Below are positions 1 through 12,387 of a stretch of DNA of 64,000 nucleotides, piece by piece. The notes under the pieces were generated by a model, which saw only the letters and a list, made by a program, of their open reading frames with translations, had not been told where the DNA came from and made no database searches. Source of the DNA: Chiloscyllium plagiosum (Eukaryota); NCBI RefSeq assembly GCF_004010195.1, contig NC_057740.1, forward strand, positions 3,891,142-3,955,141, in the 5' to 3' direction. Position numbers and translations under genes: made by a program. Position 1 is the stretch's first letter; each line of letters opens with the position of its first letter.

Positions 1-19
1 GAGGTGGGGGGCGGGGGGG

Positions 20-370
20 TGAGGCCAGTGTCTGGGAAATATCGATGATAGGGAGTCAGTGACTCATGAATATGAGTCAGGGGGACTAAGTAACTGGGGT
101 ATATTGGAGGAAGGAGTCAGTGTCTGGGGGCTAGCTGAGTAATGGGTCAGTGTCTGGGGGATATCAGAGGGAGGGGTCAGTGTCTGGGGGATATTGGGGG
201 GCATAAGTGATGGGGATTATTGGGGGTCCATCAGTGATGATGGATAGAGCTTGGGGATTATCAGTCAGGTTATATCAGGGGTGACTCAGTGACTGGGGGA
301 TATTGAGTGGGGGGTGTCATTGACAGGGATTTGCAAGAACATCAGTGACTGGGGAATATCTGGTTTGGGA
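20..370. repeat. Degenerate ~30-bp G-rich minisatellite
   Basis: cagtg(t/a)ctggggga(t/a)at recurs with a ~30-bp period (e.g. 118, 148, 178). Confidence 0.8.
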
Positions 371-889
371 AAGTACTACTGTCAGGGAATGGGACACCGT
401 TACCCTTGGGAATACTTGGGAATGGTGATGAACGTTTCTCCCTGGAGTGGGTCAAAACCTGGATCAGTTGTTGGAGTGGGTACCATCCCCAGAGGTATGA
501 GGAAGGGGATCACACTGATGCCATTCGTAGTGGGAAAAAAGTTAATTCAGTGGGGTGACTGGCGACCCTGTGTACTGGGTGCCTCAAATACTTTCAACGC
601 ACTTTCATCTCCCTTGAAACCAACAGCCTGTAAGTGTATCTCAATGTGAACTTCATGTCACTGAGCACCAGCTTGTGAAATGCAAACCACTTTCTGGCAC
701 AAGGTCCAACTAAACCCCAGGAGTTTCAGTGCAGGTACATTCACAAATGTCCCATCTGATCCATCCTGAGAAGCTCTGAATAGATACAAACTCTTTCTTC
801 AGTCTGATCTGCCATCATGTTATGGGCTATTTAATACACTATATTGGTTTTGCTCATGCTGGGTATCGGGACTAGCCACACTACCATAC

Positions 890-1470
890 ATCAAGAGCAT
901 TTCCGAACTGACAGACAGACTACTGCGACCACTAGGACTCATAACAGCACACAAACCAACAGCCACTCTCAGACAAAGGACCCGATACCCAGCATGAGCA
1001 AAACCAATGTAGTGCACAATATCCTATGCAAGGACTGCACAAAACACTACATAGGACAAACAGAAAGACAGCTAACGATCTGCATCCATGAACACCAACT
1101 AGTCACGAAACGCCACGACCAGCTATCCCTAGTAGCCACACACGCAGATGACAAACAACATGAATTAGACTGGGACAACACTACTATTATAGGACAAGCC
1201 AAACAGAGAACAGCCAGGGAATTCCTAGAGGCATGGCACTCATCCACAGATTCAATCAATAAGCACATTGATCTGGACCCAATATACCGACCACTGCAAC
1301 GGACAGCTGGAACTGACAACCGGAAGCGACAGATTCAAACCACTACAAATGCTGGAGGAAAGATCACAGAAGCACTTCACAGGAGGCTCCCAAGCACTGA
1401 GGATGTCACCTAGACAGGGACGAAACATCTGCAACACAAATTCCCAGCTCGGCAAACAGAACCACAACAA
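890..1470 (+). mobile_element. Penelope-like element 3' part: GIY-YIG endonuclease relic plus hammerhead
   Basis: ORF contains VVHNILCKDCTKHYIGQTERQL..IHEH...AREFLEAWH, followed by CTGAGGA-stem-GAAA at 1397-1425. Confidence 0.9.
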
Positions 1471-1909
1471 CCTCTTCACATTCTCTCTGGACCATGACTA
1501 GAGAGTCCACTATTTCCTCCCATAGATGTTGTCTGTACTTAATTCTCATTGACCTTTCACTGATACATTGTATTTCGCCTGTTTCACATGTACAATATGG
1601 TGTTCTTCAGTTTATATGCTGGTCTTCACACAATCTGCACAGAAATAAATAGATTTCTGAAGATTAATGATATCAAGGGGAATTTAAATAATGTGGGAAA
1701 ATGGTCTTGAGGTGGATGATCAGTTATGATCTAATTGAATGATGGTTCGATATGCTAAATGGCCTCCTACTATTGCTAGGAGTAATTGGTCAGATTTGAG
1801 CTTTTTTCTCTGAGAAAGAAGTCCAAGGACTGAATTCATAGAAAAGAAGATTATGCTTCTTATTGGGAGTCCAAATAGGGTTCATAAAGTTTCTTAAAAA
1901 AAAACCTGC

Positions 1910-2170
1910 ATGTACAGTGGCAAGATGGCTCAGTGGTCAGCGCTGCTGCCTCAGAGCAGCAGGGACCTATGTTTGATTCCACCCTTGGGCAACTATCTGG
2001 CCACTCTCCCTGTTTCTGCCGGTGCGCTGATTTCCACCTACAGTCCAAAGATGTGTAGGTTAGGTGGGTTTCTGTGATGTTATGGGGATAGGGTGGGAGA
2101 TTGGCTTTGGATGGAATGCTGCAGACTTGATGGGTCAAATGGCCTCTACCTGCACATCAGGGATTTTATG
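1910..2170 (+). mobile_element. HE1-type tRNA-derived SINE (degenerate)
   Basis: tggctcagtggtcagcgctgctgcctca head and cagtccaaagatgtg body. Confidence 0.8.
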
Positions 2171-3529
2171 CGCCTGGCCATTTTAAAGCACGTTTGTATC
2201 AATGAACTACTTTCTGAAATGTATTTACTGTTGTAAGAAAAGCAGTAGACAATTTAGCAAACTCCCACCGACAACAACCTAATGTGTTCTTGTGATTGAA
2301 AGATAAACATTGACCAATACTTCAGGAATAACTACCCTGCTTTTCTGACAGCACAGCACTTCCTCAGCACTGCAGTAAGGTATCAGCCTCGATTTCTGTG
2401 GTCAAGTTTCAGAGTGGAACTGGAACCACGACAATCTGACTTAGATAGAAAACAGCAATAGTCAACTTCTAAATAACATGTTCACCAATTAATCCAACAG
2501 GAAATTTGGGAGGGAGGTCTTTGCCAAGAGTGAGGAGAATGTAGAACTCAAAAATCACAAAGTAATTGCAGTGGATAAAATTCAGTACAGATAGTCATTT
2601 GGTAGTAAAGAATTGCTGTAAAAATAAACACATTTTATTGAAGCTTTTCGTCTTGCACTCACCATGATATTTTGCAAGAGTACCAATCCAAGAAGAAAAT
2701 CAACATTTATATGGATTGAGGGGAGAGAACTGATTACTTAGCAACTGGGGAACAGTGCCCTACTAGGCATTACTCTCCTCTCATGCAGTGTTGTTCTTTC
2801 CCTCCAATTGTACTCATGAAATGTATTGATGAATGCGAGGTAAGAACTTTATCAAAATGCGTATTCTTTTCATATTTGAACTTTGATGTATTGAGGGATC
2901 AAACAGAAGATTTTGATGTATTCCTCGAGGTTTTGTGACCAGTGTCCAATTATTCAATGCAGCCTCATTCCCAACCTGCCGACTCTTCTTAACTAATGAT
3001 TGAATGAGAATAAATCAAAAGGTCATTGTAATGTTTCTCTGATGTTTCTGTGTGGAGATTTCTTTTAAATTCCTGAAGACGGTAGGTTGGAGGGTTGTGA
3101 GGCTGAACCAAGGCTTGTAGTTTGGGAGAAAAGCTAGAAACAAAATAAAGAAATGTGAATTTAGAAAAACAATGAGGATTTCCTGCTGTGGATTAGTAAA
3201 AATTAGTTGGCAAATGTTTATGGCCACGCTAATCTGTAAGAATATTACTTTAGATCAGACTTTGTAGTTTGACAGGTTAATAGGTCATCAGTAAAATGTT
3301 GAACATTTGAAGAAAACATACCAACATACGAAATATGAGCAAAAGTGGACCACTTGGCCCTTGGGCCTGCTTCAATATGATCATGGCTAATCTGTTGTGT
3401 TTTGAACTCTTCATTCTCATCCATTCATGGTAACCTTATATTCCCCTGCCTAACAATAATCTTTCCACCTCTGTTTGAAAATTATTCAATAATCCCACGT
3501 CCACTGCCTTCATAGATTCGTACACTGCA

Positions 3530-3870
3530 GGGGTGGTACAGTGGCTCAGTGGTTAGCACTGCTGCCTCACAGCGCCAGGGACCTGGGTTTGATTCCCGCC
3601 TCGGGCGACTGTCTGTGTGGAGTTTGCACATTCTCCCCGTGTCTCTGCGTGGGTTTCCTCTGGACCCTCTGGTTTCCTCCCACAGTTCAACGATGTGCAG
3701 GTTCGGGTGAATTGACCATGCTACATTGCCCGTAGTGTTAGGTGCATCAAGCGGGGTAAATGTAGGGGAATGGGTCTGGGTGGATTACTCTTTAAAGGGT
3801 CGGTGTGGACTTACTGGGCTAAATGGACAGTACTTACTGTCCATTTCTCTATACTGTAGAGAATCTAAAG
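3530..3870 (+). mobile_element. HE1-type SINE
   Basis: gtggctcagtggttagcactgctgcctcacagcgccagggacc...ggagtttgcacattctccccg. Confidence 0.9.
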
Positions 3871-4937
3871 AAGAGGCCCTTTGGCCAATCAAGTCTGTAT
3901 TGTCTACTACACCTATCTACACAAGGCCCATAACCTTGAATGTTGACATTTTAAAAAGTACTTGGATGAGCACTTAAAGGCTGTGAGTTTTCCCCGCCTC
4001 AAATATCCTCCCAGGCAGTGCATTCCAGATCTTACCCTCTGCGTGACTTCCTCAAATCACCTCTGAATATCCTGCCTTTCACTTTAAAATTACGCCCCTT
4101 TATTATTGACCCTTCAACTAACGAGAACAGCTGCCTTCTATTTACCCTATCCATGCCCCTCATAATCCTATACACCTCTATCAGGTCCTCCCTCAACCTT
4201 TTTTGCTCTGAAGAAAACAACCTGAGCTTATCCAGCCTCTCTTCATAGTTCCATCCTCGGCAACACACTGGTGAATCTCTTCTGCACCCCCTGCAGTGCA
4301 ACCACATCCTTCCTATAGTATGGTGACCAGTGTTCCTGTTGTGGCCTAACCAACATTCTGTCCTGCTCCAACATGACTTTCCTGTTTTATGATCTATGCC
4401 TTCTTAACTATCCTATTAACCTGTCCTGCCACCTTCAGGAATCTGTGGACAGGCCTCCCAAGATCCTTCTGTTCCTCTGAGTTTCCTATTGTCTTGCTGT
4501 TCATTAAGTATTGTCTTACTGCTTCTTCTTTTAAAATGCATTATGTCACATCTGTCAAGGTTAAAATCCATCTGTCGCTGATCTGCGCATCTAACCAATC
4601 TGTTTATATTCTTCTGTAACCCAACACCTTCCTCCTTACTGTCAATCATCTGCCCAATCTTTGTATCATCTACAGACTAACTTATTATGTCCCCCACATT
4701 CTTATCTCTGTCATTTATGAATATCTCAAAAAATAAGGAACTTGTATTGATATCTGTGGTGCACCATTGCATACTAGGCTCCAGTTATACAAAACATCTT
4801 CTACCACTCAGCCAATTTCGGATCCATCTTGCTAATTTACTCTGGACCCTGTGAACCTTTACTTTTGTTATCAGTTTCCAATGTGGGACCTTGTCAAAGG
4901 CCTTGCTGAACTCCACATGAATTACATCAACTGCCCA

Positions 4938-5177
4938 TGATTTGGAGATGCCGGTGTTGGACTGGGGTGTACAAAGTTAAAAATCACACAACACCAGGTT
5001 ATAGTCCAACAGGTTTAATTGGAAGCACACTAGCTTTCGGAGCGACGCTCCTTCATCAGGTGGTTGTGGTTGCCTTACAATTGTGTCCTCCATAACCACC
5101 TGATGAAGGAGTGCCGCTCCGAAAGCTAGTGTGCTTCCAATTAAACCTGTTGGACTATAACCTGGTGTTGTGTGATT
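4938..5177. mobile_element. Non-autonomous PLE cassette with inverted arms and two hammerheads
   Basis: ~80-bp inverted repeat, CTGATGA/GAAA cores at 5028-5062(-) and 5097-5131(+), and a 12-bp flanking direct repeat atcaactgccca. Confidence 0.85.
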
Positions 5178-5584
5178 ATCAACTGCCCAACACTCATCAA
5201 AACACTTAGTCACATCAAAAACCTCCACACGATTTGTTGGTCATGACCTTCCTCTGACGAAGCCATACTGACTATCCATAATCAGACCTTGCCTCTGTAA
5301 ATGAAGATTAATCTTCTCCTTCACTATTTCTCCCTACACTAATGTTAGACTATAGATAGTTCTGTACTCTACCACCCTTCTAGCAAAGTGGAACCACATT
5401 AGCTGTCCTCCAGTCATAGAATTGTGCAGCACAGAAACATACCTTTTGGTCCAACCAGTTCAAGCCGCCCATAATCCCAAACTAAACTAGTCCACTTGCC
5501 TGCACTTAGCCCATATCCCTCCAAACATTTCTTATTCATGTACTTATCCAAATGTCTTTTAAAAGTTGTAACTATAACCGCATC

Positions 5585-5714
5585 AAGGAGAAAGTGAGGA
5601 CTGCAGATGCTGGAGATTAGAGCTGAAAATGTGTTGCTGGAAAAGCGCAGCAGGTCAGGCAGCATCCAAGGAACAGGAGAATCGACGTTTCGGGCATAAG
5701 CCCTTCTTCAGGAA
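5585..5714 (-). mobile_element. PLE terminal fragment with hammerhead motif
   Basis: Reverse complement ttcCTGAAGAagggcttatgcccGAAAcgtcgat. Confidence 0.8.
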
Positions 5715-5964
5715 TTGCATCTTTCCTTAAAATATACCCCCTAGTCTTGAAATCCCCCATTCTAATGAATGCCATTCACCTCATCTATAACCTTTGTCCT
5801 CCGGCATCTCCCCTGTGGCCAGAGATTATTTAAAAATTTGGGTCAGGGCTCCTGCAATTTCCTACCTTGTCTCCCACTGCAGCCTGGGATACAACTCTCG
5901 TGGACCTGGGGATTTATCCACTTTTAAATCTGCCAAAACCTGGAATATCTCCTCACTTCTTACA

Positions 5965-6480
5965 TAAGGAAAGATGTTGTGAAACTTGAAAGGGTTCAGA
6001 AAAGATTTACAAGGATGTTGCCAGGGTTGGAGGATTTGAGCTGTAGGGAGAAGCTGAACAGGCTGGGGCTGTTTTCCCTGGAGCGTCGGAGACTGAGGGG
6101 TGACCTTATAGAGGTTTACAAAATAATGAGGCGCATAGATAGGCTAAATAGGCAAAGTCTTTTCCCTGGGGTCGGGGAGTCCAGAACTAGAGGGCATAGG
6201 TTTAGGGTGAAAAGGGAAAGATATAAAAGAGACCTATGGGGCAACTTTTTCACACAAAGGGTGGTATGTGTATGGAACTGCCAGAGGAAGTGGTGGAGGC
6301 TGGTACAATTGCAACATTTAGGAGGCATTTGGATGGGTATATGAATAGGAAGGGTTTGGAGGGAAATGGGCCGGGTGCTGGCAGGTGGGACTAGATTGGG
6401 TTGGGATATCTGGTTGGCATGGACGGGTTGGACCAAAGGGTCTGTTTCCGTGCTGTACATCTCTATGACAATATGATTCT
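5965..6480 (+). mobile_element. CR1/HER1 LINE 3' end
   Basis: KLERVQKRFTRMLPGLEDLS..LFSLERRRLRGDLIEVYKIM, then the typical 3'UTR and ctctatga tail. Confidence 0.95.
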
Positions 6481-7019
6481 AAGTCTCCTCAAGAACTTCG
6501 CATTCCATGTTCTCAAATTCTGTACTTGCAACTTCCTTCTGAGTAAACACTGATGTGAAGTATTCATTTAACAATCTCCCAATGTCCTCCAGCTTCTGGC
6601 ACAAATTGCCATCTTGGTCTCGAATAGGTCCTTCTGCTGGTTAAGTGATTGAAGAATCAGTTAGGGAGCATTTTGCAGACAGTGATCAGAACTGTTAAAA
6701 TTGGCCACGGAAAAGGAAAAAGGATGGGTCTGAAATCAAAGTTCTAAAGTGTGGGAAGGCTGATTTTAATAAGATCAGATATGATTTGGCCAGAGTTGAC
6801 TGGGAGCTTATATGTTCAGATAAACCTGTGTCAGACAATTTCAAGGAAGAAATATGGAGTGTACAGGGCCAACACGTTCCAATAAAGAGTAAAGGGTGGG
6901 ATCAACAAATATTGTGAACTCTGCAGGTCAAAGGATAAAAACGATTGACTAGACAAAAATAGGGAGGCTTGTGACAAACATTGAGGGCTGAAAACAGAGA
7001 AGCTCTAGAGGAGTATAAG

Positions 7020-9895
7020 GAATAAAGTAAATGAGCTTGGGGCGCAGATCGAAATTAGCAGGTATGATGTGGTGGGCATCATGGAGACGTGACTGCAAGG
7101 GGATCAGGAATGGGAGCTGAATATTCAAGGATATACATCCTATCGAAAAGATATGGAGGTGGGCAGAGGGGGTGAAGTTGCCTTATTAGTAAGAAATGAA
7201 ATTAAATCAATAGTAAGAAACGAAGTAGGGTCAGATGGTGTAGAATCTGTGTGGGTAGAGTTGAGGAACTGCAAAGGTTAAAAAAAAATAGTTGGAGTGA
7301 TGTAGAGGCCTGTAAACAGTAGTCAGGAGCTAGAGAAGGTGCATAGGAAAGGCGAAGTTACAGTGATCATGAAACATTTCAATGTACAGATGGGCTGGGA
7401 AAATAAAGTTGGGAATGGATTGCAAGAAAAATAATTTGTGGAGTGTCTATGGGATGGCTTTTTGGAGCAGCTTGTGGTGGGGCCCACAAGGAACAGGCAA
7501 TTCTGGATTTAGTGTTGTGCAATGTGGCAAACTTGATAAGGGAGCTTAAGGTGAAGGAACCCTTGGGGGCAGTATCATAATACGATTGAATTTACTCTGC
7601 AGTTTGAGAGGGAGAAGATAGAGTCCGAGGTAACAGTATTGCAGCTGAATAAAGATAACTACAGAGACATGAGGGAGGATCTGGGTAGAATTGACTGGGA
7701 GAGGAGCATAGCAGGAAAGACAGTGGAACAGCAATGGCAGGAGTTTCTGGGAGTAATTCAGGAGACACTGCAGGGGACCATCCTGAGGAAAAAGCAGCAT
7801 GGTACAGGGAGAATGAGGCAACCATCGCTGACTAGGAAAGTCAGGGATAGCATAAAAGCAAAAGAGAAAGCATGTAATGTGGTGAAGGGCAGTGGGAAAC
7901 CAGAGAATTGGGAAACTTACAAAGACCAACAGAGGGCGACAAAAAAAGAAATAAGGATGGAGATTAAATATGGGGGCCAGTAAAGGAGTTTCTTTAGATA
8001 TATAAAGTGCAAAAGAGGCAAAAGTGGACATTGGGCCACTCGAAAATGATACTGTTGAGATAGTAGTGGGGAATAAGAAAATGGCCAAGGAACTGAATAA
8101 TTACTTCACGTCAATCTTATAGGTAGAAGAAACGAGTAATATCCCAAAGATTCAAGAGAGTGTGAGAGCAGAGCTGAGTATGGTGGCCATCACCAAGGAG
8201 AAGGTGCTAGAAAAACTGAATGGCCTGAAGGTGGATAAATAACCTGGACCAGATGGACTACAACCCAGCATTCTAAGGGAGCTAGCTGAAGAGATAATGG
8301 AGGTGTTAGTGGTGATCTTTCAGGAATTACTAGAGTGAGGGAGGGAGGGTCCCAGAGGACTGGGAAAATTGCTAACGTGACACACCTGTTTAAGAAGTGA
8401 GTAAGGCAAAGGATGGAAAATAGCATACCAATCGTCGATAAGATCCTGGAATCCATTGTGAAGGATGAGGTTTCTGAATACTTGGGGAAGTGTAGGGTAA
8501 AATAGAGCAAAATCAGCATGGTTTCACCAAGGGGTGGTCAAGCCTGACAAATCTGCTGGAATTCTTTGAGGAAATAACGAGCAGGGTAGACCAAGGAGAG
8601 CCAATGGATGTTATCTACCTGGACTTCAAGAAAGCCTTTGACAAGGTGCTGCACAGGAGGCAGATGAGTAAGATGAGGGATAATCGTGTTAGAGGTAAAA
8701 TGGTAGCATGGATAGAAGCTTGACTGTGCGACAGACAGTGAGGATAAAAGGGTCCTTGTTGAGAGTGTGGTGCTGGAAAAGGACTCCTGATGAAGGCCTT
8801 ATGCCCGACACATTGAATTTCCTGCTCCTCGGATGCTGCCTGACCTGCTGTGCTTTTCCAGCACCACAGTCCCAACTCTGATCTCCAGCATCTGCAGCCC
8901 TCACTTTCTTCCATAAAAGGGTCCTTCTCAGGATGGCAGTGACAAGTGGTGTTCCGCAAGGCTCAGTGTTGGAACCACAACTTTGCACTTTATACGTTAA
9001 CAATCTCGATGAAGGTACTGAGGACATTATGGGTAAGTTTGCAGACGATACAAAGATAGATGGGGACAGGTAGCATTAAGGAGGCAGGGAGGCTGAGAAG
9101 GATTTATATAGTGGGCAGGGAAGTGGCAGATGGAATACAACATGGGAAAGTGTGAGGTCATACACTTTGAGAGGAAGAATTGAGGCATGGTCTATTTTCT
9201 AAATGGGAAGAAAATTCAGAAGATGACATGCAAAGAGACTTGGGAGTTCTATTCCAGGACTCTCTCAAGGTAAACTTCCTGGTTGAGTCAGAAGTTAGGA
9301 CATCAAATGAAATGATGGCATTTATTTTGAGAGGACTTGAATATAAAAGCAGGGATGTACTTCTGAGGCTCTATAAGGCTCTGGTCAGACCATATTTGGA
9401 GTATTGTACACAGTTTTGGGCCCCATATCTCAGGAAGGATGTAATGGTCCTGGAGCGTGTTCAGAAGAGGTTCACAAGAATGGTCCCAGCAATGAAAAAC
9501 TTAACATAAAAGGACAGTTTGAGGACTTTGGGTCTGTACTCATTGGAGTTTAGAAGGATGAGGGGGGATCTAATTGAAACATACAGAATATACTGAATGG
9601 CCTGGACAGAGTAGATGTTGGGAAGATGTTTCCATTGGTAGGAGAGACTAGGACCCAAGGGCATAGGCTTAGAGTAAAGGGGAAACCTTTTGGAATGGAG
9701 ATATAGAGGAACATCATCAGAGAGTGGTGAATCTATGGAAATCATTGCCACAGAAGGCTGTGGAGGCCAGGCCTGAGACTGAGATAGATAGGTTCTTGAG
9801 TATCAAGGGTTACGGGGAGAAAACAGGAGAATGGGGTTAAGAAACTTATTAGCCATGATTGAATGGCCTAATTTCTGCATCTATGTCTTATGGTC
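7020..9895 (+). mobile_element. Long CR1 LINE relic (APE plus RT), interrupted by a PLE cassette at 8758-8912
   Basis: Frameshifted APE (GIMET, LDLVLCN) and RT (YLDFKKAFDKV, VPQGSVL, KFADDTK) motifs. C-terminal LYKALVRPYLEYC. Confidence 0.9.
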
Positions 9896-10287
9896 TAGTA
9901 CAGAATGTTCAAATGGAAACTTCAAAAGGAAATTAATAGACTAAGGAGGGAGATATGAAAGATTAATGGCAGGTAAAGGACAATCCTAAATTATTTTACA
10001 AGTACATTAATGGTAAAAGCATAACTAGGAAAAGAATAGGTCCAATTAAGGACTACAGTGGTAATTTGTGCATGGAACCAGAGGATATTGGTAGGGTTTT
10101 TAATAAATACTTTGTGTGGGTGTTCACAAGTGAGGAGAAAGATGTGTCTATCAAAATCAGGAAGAAAGAAATGAGCTAAAGAGAGGACGTTCTGAAGGGT
10201 ATGGCAGGCTTAAAAGTAGAGTGAGGCAAGGGAGGAACTTGCAAGGGTGTTGGCATTAATTTTCAGTTCCTCTCTGGCGACAGGGGA

Positions 10288-10590
10288 AGGTGGCACAATA
10301 GTTCAGTGGTTAGCACTGCTGCCTCACAGCACCGGGGACTCAGGTTCAATTCCATATCTGCATGGATTTCCTCTGGTTTCCTCCCACAGTCTAAAGATAT
10401 AAAGGCTAAGTGGATTGGCCACACTAAATTGCCTATAGTGTTCAGGGATCTGCAGGCTAATTGGATTAGCCATGGGAGATGTATTGTTACAGGCCTACCA
10501 TGCAGGGTGGGTCTAGGTGGGATGCTTTTCAGAGGGTTGGTGTGGACTCGATGGGTTGAATGGACTGCTTATGCACTCTAGGGATTCTAT
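10288..10590 (+). mobile_element. HE1-type SINE
   Basis: gtggttagcactgctgcctcacagcaccggggac head and gattctatgattct tail. Confidence 0.85.
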
Positions 10591-11597
10591 GATTCTAGAA
10601 GAGATTTCAGATAATTGGAGCACAACCAATGCAATACCGTTATCCAAGAGGGAAGCAAAGGACAAACCAGAAAATTGTAGGCCAGTCAGTCTAACCCCCC
10701 AGCGGTGGGAAAACTACTGGAAACAATTCTGTGGGACAGAATTCATCTGCACTTGGAGAGGCAGAGATTTTATTGAGAAGTGATCGTGTTGATTTAATTT
10801 TCAAAACGGTGCCACATGAGGGCAATGCATTTGACAGTTTACTTCAACTTCAGCAAGGCTTTTAATAAGATCCTGATTGGGAGACTGATAACAAAGGTAA
10901 GAGTCCATGGGATCCAAAGAAATTTGGCAAATCAGATACAAAATTGGCTGAGTGGCAAGAAATAGAGGGTGATAGTCAAAGGGGTTTTTGTGACTGGAAG
11001 CAAGGAACACTTATTGTCCTGTGAAAGCAACCTTCATATTTTTCTACATTATACTCCATCTGCCAGTTTCTTGTCCACTCACAACTATGTATATCCATGT
11101 GCAACTTCCTTGTCTTTTTCACAAAAACCTATTCTAGCTATCTGGGTGTTATCTATAAGTTTAACCATCATGTCTTCATTCCCCTCATCGAAGTAATTTG
11201 TAAAATGTTGAGACACCAATACAGACACCTGCAGGACACATACTCAATCATATCCTTCCAAAGATTGGTTTATGCATTCGTCTTTTCTGCCAGCCAGCCA
11301 CGTTTCTTTCTGTGCTAACGTGTTACCCTTTGTATCTTTTATTTTTTGCAATCTTTCATATACTAACTAATCAAATGCCTTCTAGAAATCCAAAATACAG
11401 CATGTTCACAAGTTCTCCTTTATCTACACATGACTCCTTCAAATCACTCTAAAATAGGTTAAACATGATTTCCCTTAACTGCGCAGCTGCAATCTTTTAC
11501 AAGATTAATTCTAACACTGCCCATGACAGACATTAAGCTTCCTGTTTTCTGAATTTTAATATCTGAAGCTGATGAAAGTATTAATCTGTAATACTGT

Positions 11598-11817
11598 CAA
11601 GTGTGGTGCTGAAAAAGCACAGCAGATCAGGCAACATCCAAGGAGCAGGAAAATCGACGTTTCGGGCAAAGGCCCTTCATCAGGAAACTTCTGATGAAGG
11701 GTTTTTGCCTGAAATGTCGATTTTCCTGCTCCTCAGATGCTGCCTGATCTGCTGTGCTTTTCCAGCACCACACTCTTGACTCTACGCTCCAGTATCTGCA
11801 GTCCTCACTTTCGCCTG
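11598..11817. mobile_element. Non-autonomous PLE inverted-repeat cassette with two hammerhead cores
   Basis: ~90-bp arms centred at ~11687 and a 14-bp TSD atctgtaatactgt (11584-11597, 11818-11831). Confidence 0.85.
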
Positions 11818-12387
11818 ATCTGTAATACTGTTCATTGTTGTTGATATCTTTAGTAATGATTTTAAATTCTGTGGCTAAAAGCTGGTAATGGGACAGCTGG
11901 CTGGTGCAAAGGAGTGATCAAATGTTTAATGTTGAGTAAATCCAATTTTTAAAAAAAATGATCAATCTCATCTGCACTATGAAGTCAGGCCAGGTTGGTA
12001 TTGGGTGAGAATACTGGATGCAGTTGGCTTTTTGTACACTTGAATAATTTTTTTTTTCTTCTATCACTTTAGGTTTTTTGATAATCAATTTAAATCTGTG
12101 GCCGTTGGTCACTGATCCATCATCCGCTAGATAGAACGTTTCTCTTTATTTGATCGAATCACTTCATGAGTTAAACACCTCTATCAAATCTCTCAGTCAT
12201 CTCTGTCCAAAGGAAAGCAAGCTTGTCCAGTGTATCCCACAACCTTGGAACCATTCTAGTAAACCTCTTCTGCATAAAGTCCAAACCTTCCTTATATTAT
12301 AGTGCTCAGATGTGAACCCACCCCAGCTGCGGCCAAAATTCTACCCACAATTCTACCCACAACATCTCTTTCTAGTGATATTCATAT

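Larger units (their letters stand above)
3870..5960 (-). mobile_element. CR1/HER1 LINE relics (nested, interrupted by PLE cassettes)
   Basis: Minus-strand ORF fragments RLDKLRLFSSEQKRLREDLIEVYRIMRGMDRV and FKRHLDKYMN. Confidence 0.85.
6640..11000 (+). mobile_element. Older CR1 relic hosting the 7020-9895 CR1 and a SINE
   Basis: CR1 ORF2 fragments at 6640-7020 resume at ~9900-11000 (PENCRPVSLT). Confidence 0.65.

Noticed and set aside
844-1413. GIY-YIG ORF as a domesticated nuclease
   Set aside because: It has no true ATG start, altered motif residues, and directly abuts the PLE terminal hammerhead, so it is an ordinary truncated copy.
3530-3610. tRNA genes
   Set aside because: The tRNA-like A/B boxes here and at other copies are HE1 SINE heads followed by SINE bodies.
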